Positions 33,622-43,500 of a DNA stretch of 64,000 nt are shown here, piece by piece; the stretch's first letter is position 1, and the number at the start of each line of letters is the position of its first letter. A model generated the notes under the pieces. The model was not told the DNA's origin and did not search any database. It worked only from the letters and a program-made list of their open reading frames with translations. The stretch is from a virus, in IMG/VR virus record IMGVR_UViG_3300005613_000026, positions 1 through 64,000 of that record. One strand, given 5' to 3'. The translations under genes were made by a program, and so were the position numbers.

Positions 33622-34359
33622 TCACCTTTTTAACCTAGACTGTGCCTTGAACTTCTTCCAAGCCCTCATATGATGCTGTATCATTAGCATTTTCTTAGAT
33701 CTGGTAACCCCCTTACTATTTATTCTATATTTTATCAAAGGTTCTTGAAAATTATGAAACTTTTTCCTAGCAGAAATGGCTCTAAGCCATAAATCGAAAT
33801 CGGGCACAGTCCAAATCTCCTTATCTGTAGAATACCCTCCTAGTTCTAAAAAATCCTTCTTACGGAACATCGTGGTAGGGTCCATTATAGGATTTCTACA
33901 ATCTTCTATCACCATTTTCGTTATATCGACATGGTTCTCTGGGGGGTAGTTAGAAACCCTAATATCATTTCCTTCTTCATCTATATTTATTACCCAAGAG
34001 CCTATACAAAAAACATCTGGATTTTCATTGAGATACTCTACTTCTTTACTAAATCTATTTGGGAAACTAATATCATCCGCATCTTGAATGGCTATATATT
34101 TACCCTCCGCTCTTTCAACAAGCTCGTTTCTGCGAGCAGATATTCCCTCTTTGCTCCTTTTGATAGAGATAAAGAAACTTCCAGGAAAATTATTCATTAC
34201 TCTACTTACTATTTTCTCTGTATTATCAGTACACCCATCTAATATTATACCTACTTCAAAATCTCTAAAATCTTGCATGAGAAGAGATTGAAGAGATTCC
34301 TCAACGAACTTTTCTCCGTTGTAAACAGTCATAATCGCACTAACTAATGGTTTTGCCAT
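33622..34359 (-). CDS. Glycosyltransferase family 2
   Basis: VSAIMTVYNGE, DGCTD, IQDADDIS and PDFDLWLR motifs; likely start MAKPLVS. Confidence 0.9.
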   Translation of the reverse strand: MAKPLVSAIMTVYNGEKFVEESLQSLLMQDFRDFEVGIILDGCTDNTEKIVSRVMNNFPGSFFISIKRSKEGISARRNELVERAEGKYIAIQDADDISFPNRFSKEVEYLNENPDVFCIGSWVINIDEEGNDIRVSNYPPENHVDITKMVIEDCRNPIMDPTTMFRKKDFLELGGYSTDKEIWTVPDFDLWLRAISARKKFHNFQEPLIKYRINSKGVTRSKKMLMIQHHMRAWKKFKAQSRLKR

Positions 34360-35452
34360 TTTTAAAAACCTCATCATAAAGTGGATAAATTTTAGACCAA
34401 TCATGTTGCAAAACTTGTTTTCGTCCCTCTTCTACAAGTTCTTTTCTAATATCCTTATTATATACTGTTTTACTAATTGATCTCACATATTCATCTATTT
34501 TAATTGCTCCTGGACACTTATACCCCTTCATATCCTCTTTACTAACTTCAACAACAATACCACCTTTTTTATCTTTCACATCTCCTACATTCATAGAGAC
34601 CCAAGGCAAACCAGCAGCTTGAGATTCTAAAATAACCAATGGAGATACTTCTTTTTTAGAAGCGAATACAAAAGCATCTGCACACTTAAAAGCCGCAACA
34701 ACATCTTCTCTAGGTAAATCCCTAAAAAAGTAATTTTTATATATAGACATAATGTTTCTGCAATTAGACAAGAACATCTCTCCATATTTGTATTGAATAG
34801 TATTAAAAACAAACGCAACTGCTGATTCTTTCTTAAAATTGAGATCTCCATGATTCCCTATTTTACATATAGAAGAAATAAGCTCTTGACCTTTTCCATA
34901 AAAGAACTGCCCCACATTTAAAAATAAATACTTCTCTTTTATACCGTATTTTTCTCTAAAATTTATAGCGTTATTATCAAACTCTGATAAATCAATACCG
35001 TTAGGAATGACTATTGGCTCTAAACAATTATATAAAGCCCATTTATAATCTATAGTGGTACTAGAATGAGTAATTATATTAAATTTTTTCTTATTATTTT
35101 GCAATATTCTTAAAATATCAGGATGAAACTGCATATGATATGCCCCTACAAGAGCCACAGATACATCAGGTTTAATCTTTTTTATATTTTGGAGTATTGC
35201 ATCAAACCCCCAAAAAGAATCGCTATAAATCCATATATGCTCGTTCTCATTAACTTGAGAAACAATATCATCCCCCTTCTTGCATTTGAAATACTCTACA
35301 TTGTTTTCGCAAAAATAAGAATTCACACTAAAACTATATACTTTTACACTATATTGACACGTATTAGCCAATCTTTCTGAAACTTGCTTAATAACCGTCT
35401 CAGATCCCCCTACGTGTCTATGAGAAAAATTACAAAATATTCCTAATTTCAT
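34340..35452 (-). CDS. Glycosyltransferase family 4 (GT-B)
   Basis: VGGSE, IPNGID, KGQE and ADAFVFASKKEVSPLVILESQAAGLP motifs. Confidence 0.9.
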   Translation of the reverse strand: MKLGIFCNFSHRHVGGSETVIKQVSERLANTCQYSVKVYSFSVNSYFCENNVEYFKCKKGDDIVSQVNENEHIWIYSDSFWGFDAILQNIKKIKPDVSVALVGAYHMQFHPDILRILQNNKKKFNIITHSSTTIDYKWALYNCLEPIVIPNGIDLSEFDNNAINFREKYGIKEKYLFLNVGQFFYGKGQELISSICKIGNHGDLNFKKESAVAFVFNTIQYKYGEMFLSNCRNIMSIYKNYFFRDLPREDVVAAFKCADAFVFASKKEVSPLVILESQAAGLPWVSMNVGDVKDKKGGIVVEVSKEDMKGYKCPGAIKIDEYVRSISKTVYNKDIRKELVEEGRKQVLQHDWSKIYPLYDEVFKNGKTIS

Positions 35453-36156
35453 ATTTTATCCTTAATTTGATTTCCTAATACCAAACTATCAGCTTTTTTC
35501 ATATTATCTTCCGCCCAAAGAGGCTGTAGATTATTTAACGACCAACAATATTTAAACTCTACATCATTTACACTGTTATATTTAAAGAAACTCAATGGAA
35601 TAATATGATCTATATGCCATTCTTCCCTATTCTCCCAAGTCATACCATGTTTAAATAATCTCTCTAAATGAGCTTTTAATTTTTCCACCGTGTATCCAAC
35701 AATATCTTCCCAGTGTCTACCACCTTTAGATATATTATTATCTCTCAAAGAATTTCGAATACTAGAAGCCATATTTAAATTCAATCTAAACATAGTATCT
35801 TCTTTATATCTTAGATTGCGATATTTTAATACATTTTTTAATATCTTTTCTTTATTCTTTTGATAATATTCTTTTCTACTCCTACTAGTTTTATCATTAT
35901 ACTCCTTTACTTTATCTGGGTTTTTCTTTCGATATTCTCTTTTATTCCTGTTTAATCTAGTTTTATTCTTATTTCGATATTCTTTATTATATTCTCTAAT
36001 CTCTTCACGATGCTCTTCTCTATATTTTTTCTTTTTTCCCCTCAAATCTTTTTTATGAGTTTTAGAATAATGTTGCCAACAACATTTATCAGAACAATAT
36101 TTTGTTTGTCTCCCAATTAATTTCCTATCACACATTAAACATTTTTTATTGTTCAT
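35449..36156 (-). CDS. HNH-type homing endonuclease inserted in the GT cluster
   Basis: CLMC...YCSDKC, basic helical repeats and WHIDHIIP...NLQPLWAEDNMKK; likely start MNNKK (GGAG SD). Confidence 0.85.
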   Translation of the reverse strand: MNNKKCLMCDRKLIGRQTKYCSDKCCWQHYSKTHKKDLRGKKKKYREEHREEIREYNKEYRNKNKTRLNRNKREYRKKNPDKVKEYNDKTSRSRKEYYQKNKEKILKNVLKYRNLRYKEDTMFRLNLNMASSIRNSLRDNNISKGGRHWEDIVGYTVEKLKAHLERLFKHGMTWENREEWHIDHIIPLSFFKYNSVNDVEFKYCWSLNNLQPLWAEDNMKKADSLVLGNQIKDKI

Positions 36157-36326
36157 AATTAACTCCATATGCCATTCTCTGAACATTTTCTATATCGACA
36201 TCTGTCCCCATATGTCCTAATCTTTTTATCTCCCATACCAATTTAAAGTGACCTTCATCTGGATTTGTTGGTTTTAAAAATAATTCACACAAATTTTTTA
36301 ACACTTTTTTATTTTTCTTTACTCAT
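36146..36326 (-). pseudogene. Apparently frameshifted 59-aa ORF
   Basis: Strong AAGGAG SD, then ATG AGT AAA GAA AAA TAA. Removing one A from the A-run opens MSKENKKVLKNLCELF...YGVNYEQ*, which overlaps the HNH start. Confidence 0.4.
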
Positions 36327-36353
36327 TTTTATCTCCTTAATACATTATAATAA

Positions 36354-36381
36354 CATTATAATATTATTATTAAAATCCTTT
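36354..36381 (-). promoter_or_regulatory. Class-2 promoter-like motif AAAGGATTTT-N10-TTATAATG
   Basis: Matches 33589-33616; lies in an AT-rich divergent intergenic region. Confidence 0.55.
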
Positions 36382-36468
36382 TTTATTTTTGAATAAATTA
36401 AAAATTTATGTTAAATAGATATATCTGTCGATAATAAAAAATAGTGACATATTTTATGGAGATTAATT

Positions 36469-36621
36469 ATGGAAAAGAAAAATAAAAATATAATGATTAT
36501 GGTATCAGAAACAATGCATCAAAAGTTCTTAAAAGCCTGTCATAACGATGAACAGACTATGAGTGAACACTTAAGAGAATGTATTAAAAATAAAATTAGA
36601 AAATCAGAAAAGAAGATTTAA
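36469..36621 (+). CDS. Ribbon-helix-helix (Arc/CopG-like) DNA-binding protein, 50 aa, not in the ORF track
   Basis: MEKKNKNIMIMVSETMHQKFLKACHNDEQTMSEHLRECIKNKIRKSEKKI; GGAG SD; alternating beta-strand, helix, then T-M-S-E-x-L-R helix. Confidence 0.75.
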   Translation: MEKKNKNIMIMVSETMHQKFLKACHNDEQTMSEHLRECIKNKIRKSEKKI

Positions 36622-37331
36622 TTATCCATACAAAAGACAGGTATATTATAATTTTTCCACTTTTCTTGGAATTTTTGCCAGCTATTCATAAAATACTTTC
36701 TTCTATTCCCTCTTAACGCTAAATCATGTTTTTGATGATGTACAATCGGATTGTAATTCCATCCTATTTTATATTTTTTTTGATAAGCTTTGAAACAAAA
36801 ATCTGGATCTTCAAAATATGCTGGACTAAAAATCTCATCAAAACCCCCCAATTCTTCAAAAATAGGTTCTCTAATCATCATGCATCCACAGCCCACGTAA
36901 TTAAAAGATTCTTTAGAAGAATTTATTTTTTGATAAGGATAGAAATCTTTTTCCCTGAGTCTCCACGCCTCTTTTCCGACAACCTCATATCCTTTCTCAA
37001 AAAAATCAAAATAACTATCTTGCCAACCTGATAATACAAACTGATCATTATCTAAAAAACATACAGACTTAGCGTCTGGGTATTTCATTCTAGATATTGT
37101 ATATCCTTGATTCCTACCCTTAATTATTCCCACATTTTCAATATTAAATTCGACAACAATATTATTGTGCTTCTTTTCTAATTCATTAAGATATATCGTT
37201 GTGGCAGCTGTAGAATTGTTATCAATTACAATTAAATTAAAATTTTTTGTATATTTATAGAGATGATCTAAACATTTTTTTGTGTGATGGAGATTATTAT
37301 AAGTTAGAACAACTATATTTAACTGACTCAT
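36618..37331 (-). CDS. Glycosyltransferase family 2
   Basis: IVVLTYN, IDNNS, FLDNDQ and GGFDE...YFEDPDFC motifs. Confidence 0.9.
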   Translation of the reverse strand: MSQLNIVVLTYNNLHHTKKCLDHLYKYTKNFNLIVIDNNSTAATTIYLNELEKKHNNIVVEFNIENVGIIKGRNQGYTISRMKYPDAKSVCFLDNDQFVLSGWQDSYFDFFEKGYEVVGKEAWRLREKDFYPYQKINSSKESFNYVGCGCMMIREPIFEELGGFDEIFSPAYFEDPDFCFKAYQKKYKIGWNYNPIVHHQKHDLALRGNRRKYFMNSWQKFQEKWKNYNIPVFCMDN

Positions 37332-37360
37332 TTTTAGATCCCAAAAAAGATAACTATGTT

Positions 37361-40300
37361 CTAATTAGTTATCGTAATTGGGTCGCTAGTTACTGAAGTC
37401 CCGAAGTCATATGTGTCATAAGGAACAAGCTCTGCATACCACTGTTGACCTGCAGCCAATAATCTTGCATCTATTATGGAGCTATGAGTTCCTATACTCG
37501 TCCTAATATCTCCAGAAGAATATGTGTTGTCCTCAAAGACCTCAAAATAAGAATCCGTTGAAGGATCATTATATGTATAAACATGTGTGAATGTTTCTTC
37601 TCCAGGTAATTTTCGATACCATTTCACTGTTGTCCTGTCTTCTTGAGCAGTAGTGTCTACATCTCCAAGAGCAGTTATCTCAAAATCAAAAAATGTCCAA
37701 TTTAAAGTTATATTTGTGTCTTTAGGAAAAACAGTAGCAGAATATTCTACATCATAAATTTTTGGAAGAGAATTCTGAACAACCACTTCATCTAAAATCA
37801 CAGAATCTCCTGTAGCAGTTGCCGTGCGTGGCACAACTTGAACAGAAATCCTGTTATTGTATCTCAAACCATAATCCCTGAAATTCTCAACTCCAATTTC
37901 GTTTACTCTTAATTGCTCAATTGGCACCCCGCTAGGAGTGTCTATACCATAGATACCCCTCTTAAATGTATCTCCATTTACATACCATATGATTTCAGAA
38001 TTATTTTCTGAAGTATCAGCATGAAAACTTTCGCTAAAAGGAGGAGATATAACTGCCATTGTATCACTAGCTAATCTACTAGTTATATTACCATCTGAAT
38101 CTTGAGCCTTTACGAATATAGAGTCCATTACTGGCACAGACTCTATAACCTCTACAACACCCGATTTTGTTCTTGTCCCAAAAATAGAACCATCGCTTAC
38201 TTCTATTTCATAGTAAACTTTATCTCCCGCATTTAATATTGAGACTCCTTGTCTCTTTACCCAATCTACAACTGTCATCCCTGCTAAATCATCACTATCA
38301 GGATAGGACAAAGAAGTCTTTGTGTAAAAAGGATCTGTAGGATCTGCTATATCATTCCATTTTCTTAGATTGGATAAATAATCTATCCTATTACCATTAA
38401 TATACCAGTGTATTTTTGTTTGATCTAAATCCTCTGGATCGTAATTAGTATCAAAATAAGTATAAGAAACTTCTATAATACTATAACGATGAGGGACCTC
38501 ATTTGTAATAACAACACTACTTGCTTCTGGAGATGCTTTAGATACTGGTGGAAGTAAATCTTTACCAGTTGTGTACTGATAACCAATTCCATATATCTCT
38601 ATTGGAGTGGACTCTGATTTATTAGATATCTTTAAACCTACCTTATAGTTACTATCATTTAAAATACCTATCTTATAATCTCCATCAACATAATCACTAT
38701 CTATAGAAGGACCTAAAATAATCAATCCATCTCTAGGATATAATTTATATTGATCAGTTGAAATAATTTCATCATTCTTGTTATATATGATTACTGAAGC
38801 ATATGGGTCCCATGGCCCAGAATGAGCTTTCAATGTAAAATTATCTACTTTATCTAATGACTCTTGTGCAAACTCGGTAATATCTTGAGAAAATCTAATA
38901 GGTATAATAACTTTTCCATTTTGGTTAACAGAAGGTTTCGAATTAAAATGATAATCTTGCCAATTACTAGAATTAGAATTTGCCACACCAATTTTTATTT
39001 GTTCATCATTAACTTCATTAGCATCAACTCCTAATACAACTTGATAAGGAGAAACACCTTCGTCCTCCAGATTGAGATAAAGATAAACAATGTTCTCTGT
39101 ATTATAAATAATTCTAACAGACGTTAACGACGGAGACGGTGGAGCTGTCAGATACTCGTCTCCCAACTCTCCACTATTAAAACCAGTTATCATAACTATT
39201 TTGAATTTAATATATCTAGCATAAAGTTCATCAAAATCTGCTGTTTCATTATACTGATACTCAGTTGAAATAGACGTATAATTATAACCATCAGTACTCG
39301 TCTCTATACTCCAACTAGCACTTGCATTACTTATTGGAATATTAAAATTAGCTGTTATACTATTAACAAGAACCTCTGCTCCCAAATCCTTCACAAACTC
39401 ATATGTCCCATATCCTAAAGCCCCAACTGCTTCTGAGTAAAATATACCAGAGACATCATCTAAATAATCTTCACTTACAATTGTTAAAGCCTGTCCTCCT
39501 GTCTCAAATGCAATTTTATTAATATCCCTAGTATCTGATGTATTAGCTTTTACAGATAAAGTAGGAGGATCTACAATGCCCATATTAGAAACAAGCACTG
39601 GAACCTCTTTATCCCCATCAATGTTATTAATTTCAGTTATCGCATTATCAACAGTAGCGGTAGATATTGAAGATTCATTATCTGTAAATAAATAAATCAA
39701 TTTCTTCTTAGCATCTATATCTGTATCAGACATCAAATCAGATGCTGACACGAGGGAATCATACATCAAAGAAGCCCCAAATGGAGTAGAATAAGAAAGG
39801 TCATTGAGATTACTTATAACACTATCTACAGAACCATTATTAGAACCGATAATCCTATTGATAGAAGGTATCCAATCAACATTGTTATAACAATCAATTA
39901 CCAAATTACTAGGAATTCTTTTCTTTTCTTTTCTAAATAAAGAATTAACACTATTACCATCCTCAATGACAGGATTTGTTCCCCTATCTACAGTTTGGCC
40001 ATATGGTCCATCAGGATCATCAGAAACAACAGTAACCTGAATAGATATCTTATATGGTCTTCTAATTTGCCCAGTTGATATTAACATAGTCACTGGATTT
40101 TTACCTGGATTAGTTATCTGCTCATCCCCTGAAATTCCCCCTTGAGAAACTATATAACTATCCGTTATATCGCTTCCCGCTCTTTCTTGGATAGTTGATG
40201 TTTCTTCAAATATATCTTCAGAACGAGGTAATAAAGTTATAGCCGTTCTTCCATTTTCAACAGTTATCCTGTCACTAACAAAAAGAACAGGATGAACGAT

Positions 40301-40519
40301 TGTCTTGTCATTTATAGTATTAGCGGATTGCCTCTGATAACTCTCACTTTCATATAATTCTGTATCACTATCAGAAACATCCTCGAACTTTAGAAAACCT
40401 CTTACAATGATATCCACTTCTTCTGTAAGATAATGTCCATTGCGCTTAAGCTCTATAGGAACTGTTAATGACTGTTTCCCGTTTAATTTTAATTCTATTG
40501 TTTTATATTCTTGTGCCAT
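37361..40519 (-). CDS. Large putative virion protein: C-terminal half of a vWA domain + Ig-like repeats
   Basis: ASLMYDSL, LIYLFTD and IAFETGGQA motifs; Ig-like units YTYFD..D.ED...I.WY and VPYD..DFG. Confidence 0.65.
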   Translation of the reverse strand: MAQEYKTIELKLNGKQSLTVPIELKRNGHYLTEEVDIIVRGFLKFEDVSDSDTELYESESYQRQSANTINDKTIVHPVLFVSDRITVENGRTAITLLPRSEDIFEETSTIQERAGSDITDSYIVSQGGISGDEQITNPGKNPVTMLISTGQIRRPYKISIQVTVVSDDPDGPYGQTVDRGTNPVIEDGNSVNSLFRKEKKRIPSNLVIDCYNNVDWIPSINRIIGSNNGSVDSVISNLNDLSYSTPFGASLMYDSLVSASDLMSDTDIDAKKKLIYLFTDNESSISTATVDNAITEINNIDGDKEVPVLVSNMGIVDPPTLSVKANTSDTRDINKIAFETGGQALTIVSEDYLDDVSGIFYSEAVGALGYGTYEFVKDLGAEVLVNSITANFNIPISNASASWSIETSTDGYNYTSISTEYQYNETADFDELYARYIKFKIVMITGFNSGELGDEYLTAPPSPSLTSVRIIYNTENIVYLYLNLEDEGVSPYQVVLGVDANEVNDEQIKIGVANSNSSNWQDYHFNSKPSVNQNGKVIIPIRFSQDITEFAQESLDKVDNFTLKAHSGPWDPYASVIIYNKNDEIISTDQYKLYPRDGLIILGPSIDSDYVDGDYKIGILNDSNYKVGLKISNKSESTPIEIYGIGYQYTTGKDLLPPVSKASPEASSVVITNEVPHRYSIIEVSYTYFDTNYDPEDLDQTKIHWYINGNRIDYLSNLRKWNDIADPTDPFYTKTSLSYPDSDDLAGMTVVDWVKRQGVSILNAGDKVYYEIEVSDGSIFGTRTKSGVVEVIESVPVMDSIFVKAQDSDGNITSRLASDTMAVISPPFSESFHADTSENNSEIIWYVNGDTFKRGIYGIDTPSGVPIEQLRVNEIGVENFRDYGLRYNNRISVQVVPRTATATGDSVILDEVVVQNSLPKIYDVEYSATVFPKDTNITLNWTFFDFEITALGDVDTTAQEDRTTVKWYRKLPGEETFTHVYTYNDPSTDSYFEVFEDNTYSSGDIRTSIGTHSSIIDARLLAAGQQWYAELVPYDTYDFGTSVTSDPITITN

Positions 40520-40524
40520 TATAT

Positions 40525-43500
40525 TTATCCGAAATTAATGTCTATAGAATCATCTCCTCTTGCGTCAGTATACCCCCCTATAATATAGATATAAGGACTT
40601 CCCGAGACATTACAATAAGCTGCGCTTGCTCCATGTTTAGCTGTTAACATTCTAGTAAGTAAATTAGAACTATCTTCATTTTCAAAACTAGCATTATAAT
40701 CAAAGTTGTTTGATGAAACAGTTATTTGCTCTACGGCATCTAAACTAGAAGAAGAACTATCGACTCCTCCAAAAATATAATAATCAGCATTATCAGTAGA
40801 AGGAGAAGGATCGTATTCAGCCATAGCAGATTGAAATTTAGGAGAAGGAAAATCTCCTAGATAACCACTATTAAATTGTATATATCTTTGAGTACCTGTT
40901 CTTGTCATTGACAATTCTGGTGATATGCAAAAATCATCACTAGGATATACAAAATTACCTCCAGATTCTTTTGCCCCATTAAAAACAATAATCTTATCAT
41001 CGTATTTTATAGATAAAGGAAATATCCTATTATAAGTTAAAATTTCATCTGTAAATAATATATCAGAATAAGCCCACTGATCATCTTCAATACAATATCT
41101 GAGTATCCTATTATTGTATTCTCTAATATCAGAAGAAGAAGATGTAATAGACACTCTTTTTATTCCACTTAGTACATAAATATAATTCTTTGCACCAATA
41201 ACGAAATGTTGAGCAGTTCCAAACGCTACTCCCAATCTATCTTCAAACGCTCCTGTACTAATTACAGGAAATGGAGTCAAAGATTCCCATAATCCAGTGT
41301 CTGTATGATACACCTCATTAGCAAGACTAACATCTGCCTCTCCATTTTCTAATAAATTTAAAGAGATACCTCCAAGAGTATAAATATCTGTTCCTATAAC
41401 AACCGTTGAACCTCCGAACCTAGGAGTAATCATATTAGAAACAGTGCTCCATTCATCATTATCCGCATCATACCTTTCTGTAATAGATGATATATCTGCA
41501 CCATTCCCCTTCATCCCTCCAGCTACATATATATAAGATCCAACTGACCCCACAAACGCATTTCCTCTACTTTGAGTCATTTCTCTAACAAGGGTCCACT
41601 CATCATTGTTTATATCATATCTTTCCATTGTTCTAGAATAAGGAGTTACAACCGCACTTGATATAGTAGTTACAATACTAGGATTAGAAACCGTATCAAC
41701 AGTCTCATCCTCTCTATTTATAGTTAAATTAACCTGAACAAAAACATTCCTATCAGTCTCTCCGTTTTCGTCATAAACCGAATACATCTTAATAGTTTCA
41801 GTTGTAGTTTCTTCTGGAACCCTAGAAGCAGATAAACGAACAGTTACATAACTAAACCCATCTGACTCAGTTGCAGTATAATAAATATAACGACTTGCTA
41901 TAAACAAATTATCTATAGTATTATTTCCAATTGATACATATATCGGAGTATCATCTGGTATAGATTCCCCTCTCCATAAAACTCTCACCTTAACATATAC
42001 ATCTGAATCATGTTTAACCAGAGTGTTGCCATCTGCATCTAAAAAATTATCATTATATACTTCTATTCTTTCCCCATCGTCAATCACCCATTTAGAATCT
42101 ATAACTAGAGCCAAGGGTTCTTTTAAGGCTATTGGGCAAGGAGGAATACCATTATAAAAATCTCCCCCTCCAAAAAGAACAAGAGGCTGATCATTAACAA
42201 AAATTGTTGTTTCTCCCTTTGCGTATACTACAGGAGACCATCGTGGTAAATCACATTGAGTTAATCCTTTTGTATCATCTTTTGCAAGACATAAACATTT
42301 ATTAATTTCATTTTCATCATCACAATCAGAATTATTAATAGCTCCCGATTCAGAAGCAAATTTATTCGCCCTTATATAAAAATATGTGATATCTGACTCT
42401 TCTTCATCATTAAGCTGAATGTAAGCATCTCCATAATCTACAAAACCATTTCTTCCTATATTAAGAACATATCTGCCAGTGTAAGGATCTAATTCTTCCG
42501 AAACTTCCCCATGAATAATTTCTAAATTATCATCTCCTAAATTAACATGAACAACTTGCCCAGAACTTAATTCAAATACTTGAGAATCATCCTGATCAGC
42601 ACAATTAATAAAACAAGTAGAAGCTTTAAAATCACTGGTAGTATTTGCTGGATCTCTAGAAATTTTCATCCTTTTATAATCAGAACCATCTGTCCATAAA
42701 GGATAAAGATCAGCATCTAACCATCCAGCCCCTCTCCACGCTAGAGAAGAACCATATCCTCTCCATCCTCCATCTACTTCCATAAGAAAACGAGCTTGAA
42801 ATTTCTCAAAACTATCTGGATCATATTCTAGTCTTATATATTGTTTTGCAGTAGATGACAAACCATTATAAACTATTGTTGCACTAACTTCTTGCACTTC
42901 ATCTATCTTTGTGCTTCCTCTTTGAATAGGACCCAAAAATACACTTCTGGCTACACCATTCCTAGTATAAGAATAAACTCCATTAGGAATAGGAACATTA
43001 TCTACAGAATACAAATTTCTTTCATTCCCCTGAATAGGAACTATTTTCCATTGAACAACTGTAGAATCATCGGGATAAGTAACCAAAGATTTATCAGTAG
43101 GATAATCAGGATGTAGAATTCTAGCAATAGCTTGTTGTTCCGCTACGCTTTTTCCATCTATTTCTGGATCTCCAGCTTGTATGTCTATTTGCAATATACT
43201 TTGAAATAATATATAAATATCTTTTACCGAAGAATACCCAGCATTAGATCCTTTCACAAATAATCTAACAGCCTGAGGCATATCAGGAGCATAAATAGGA
43301 ATATCAACATACGAAATAGTTGTAGAGACAGTCTCTCCTCCTACTTCTCTTGTCTCCGTCCCTAGTAAAACTCCCATTGTAGAATTAGGAGGAGTAACAA
43401 TAGTACTAACTTTAGTCTTAGGTCCCTCATAAGGTCCAGCAGAAGTTGTGTTGCCCGCATTAGCACACAAATTAGTATTATCAGCATCCCATACTGCAAC

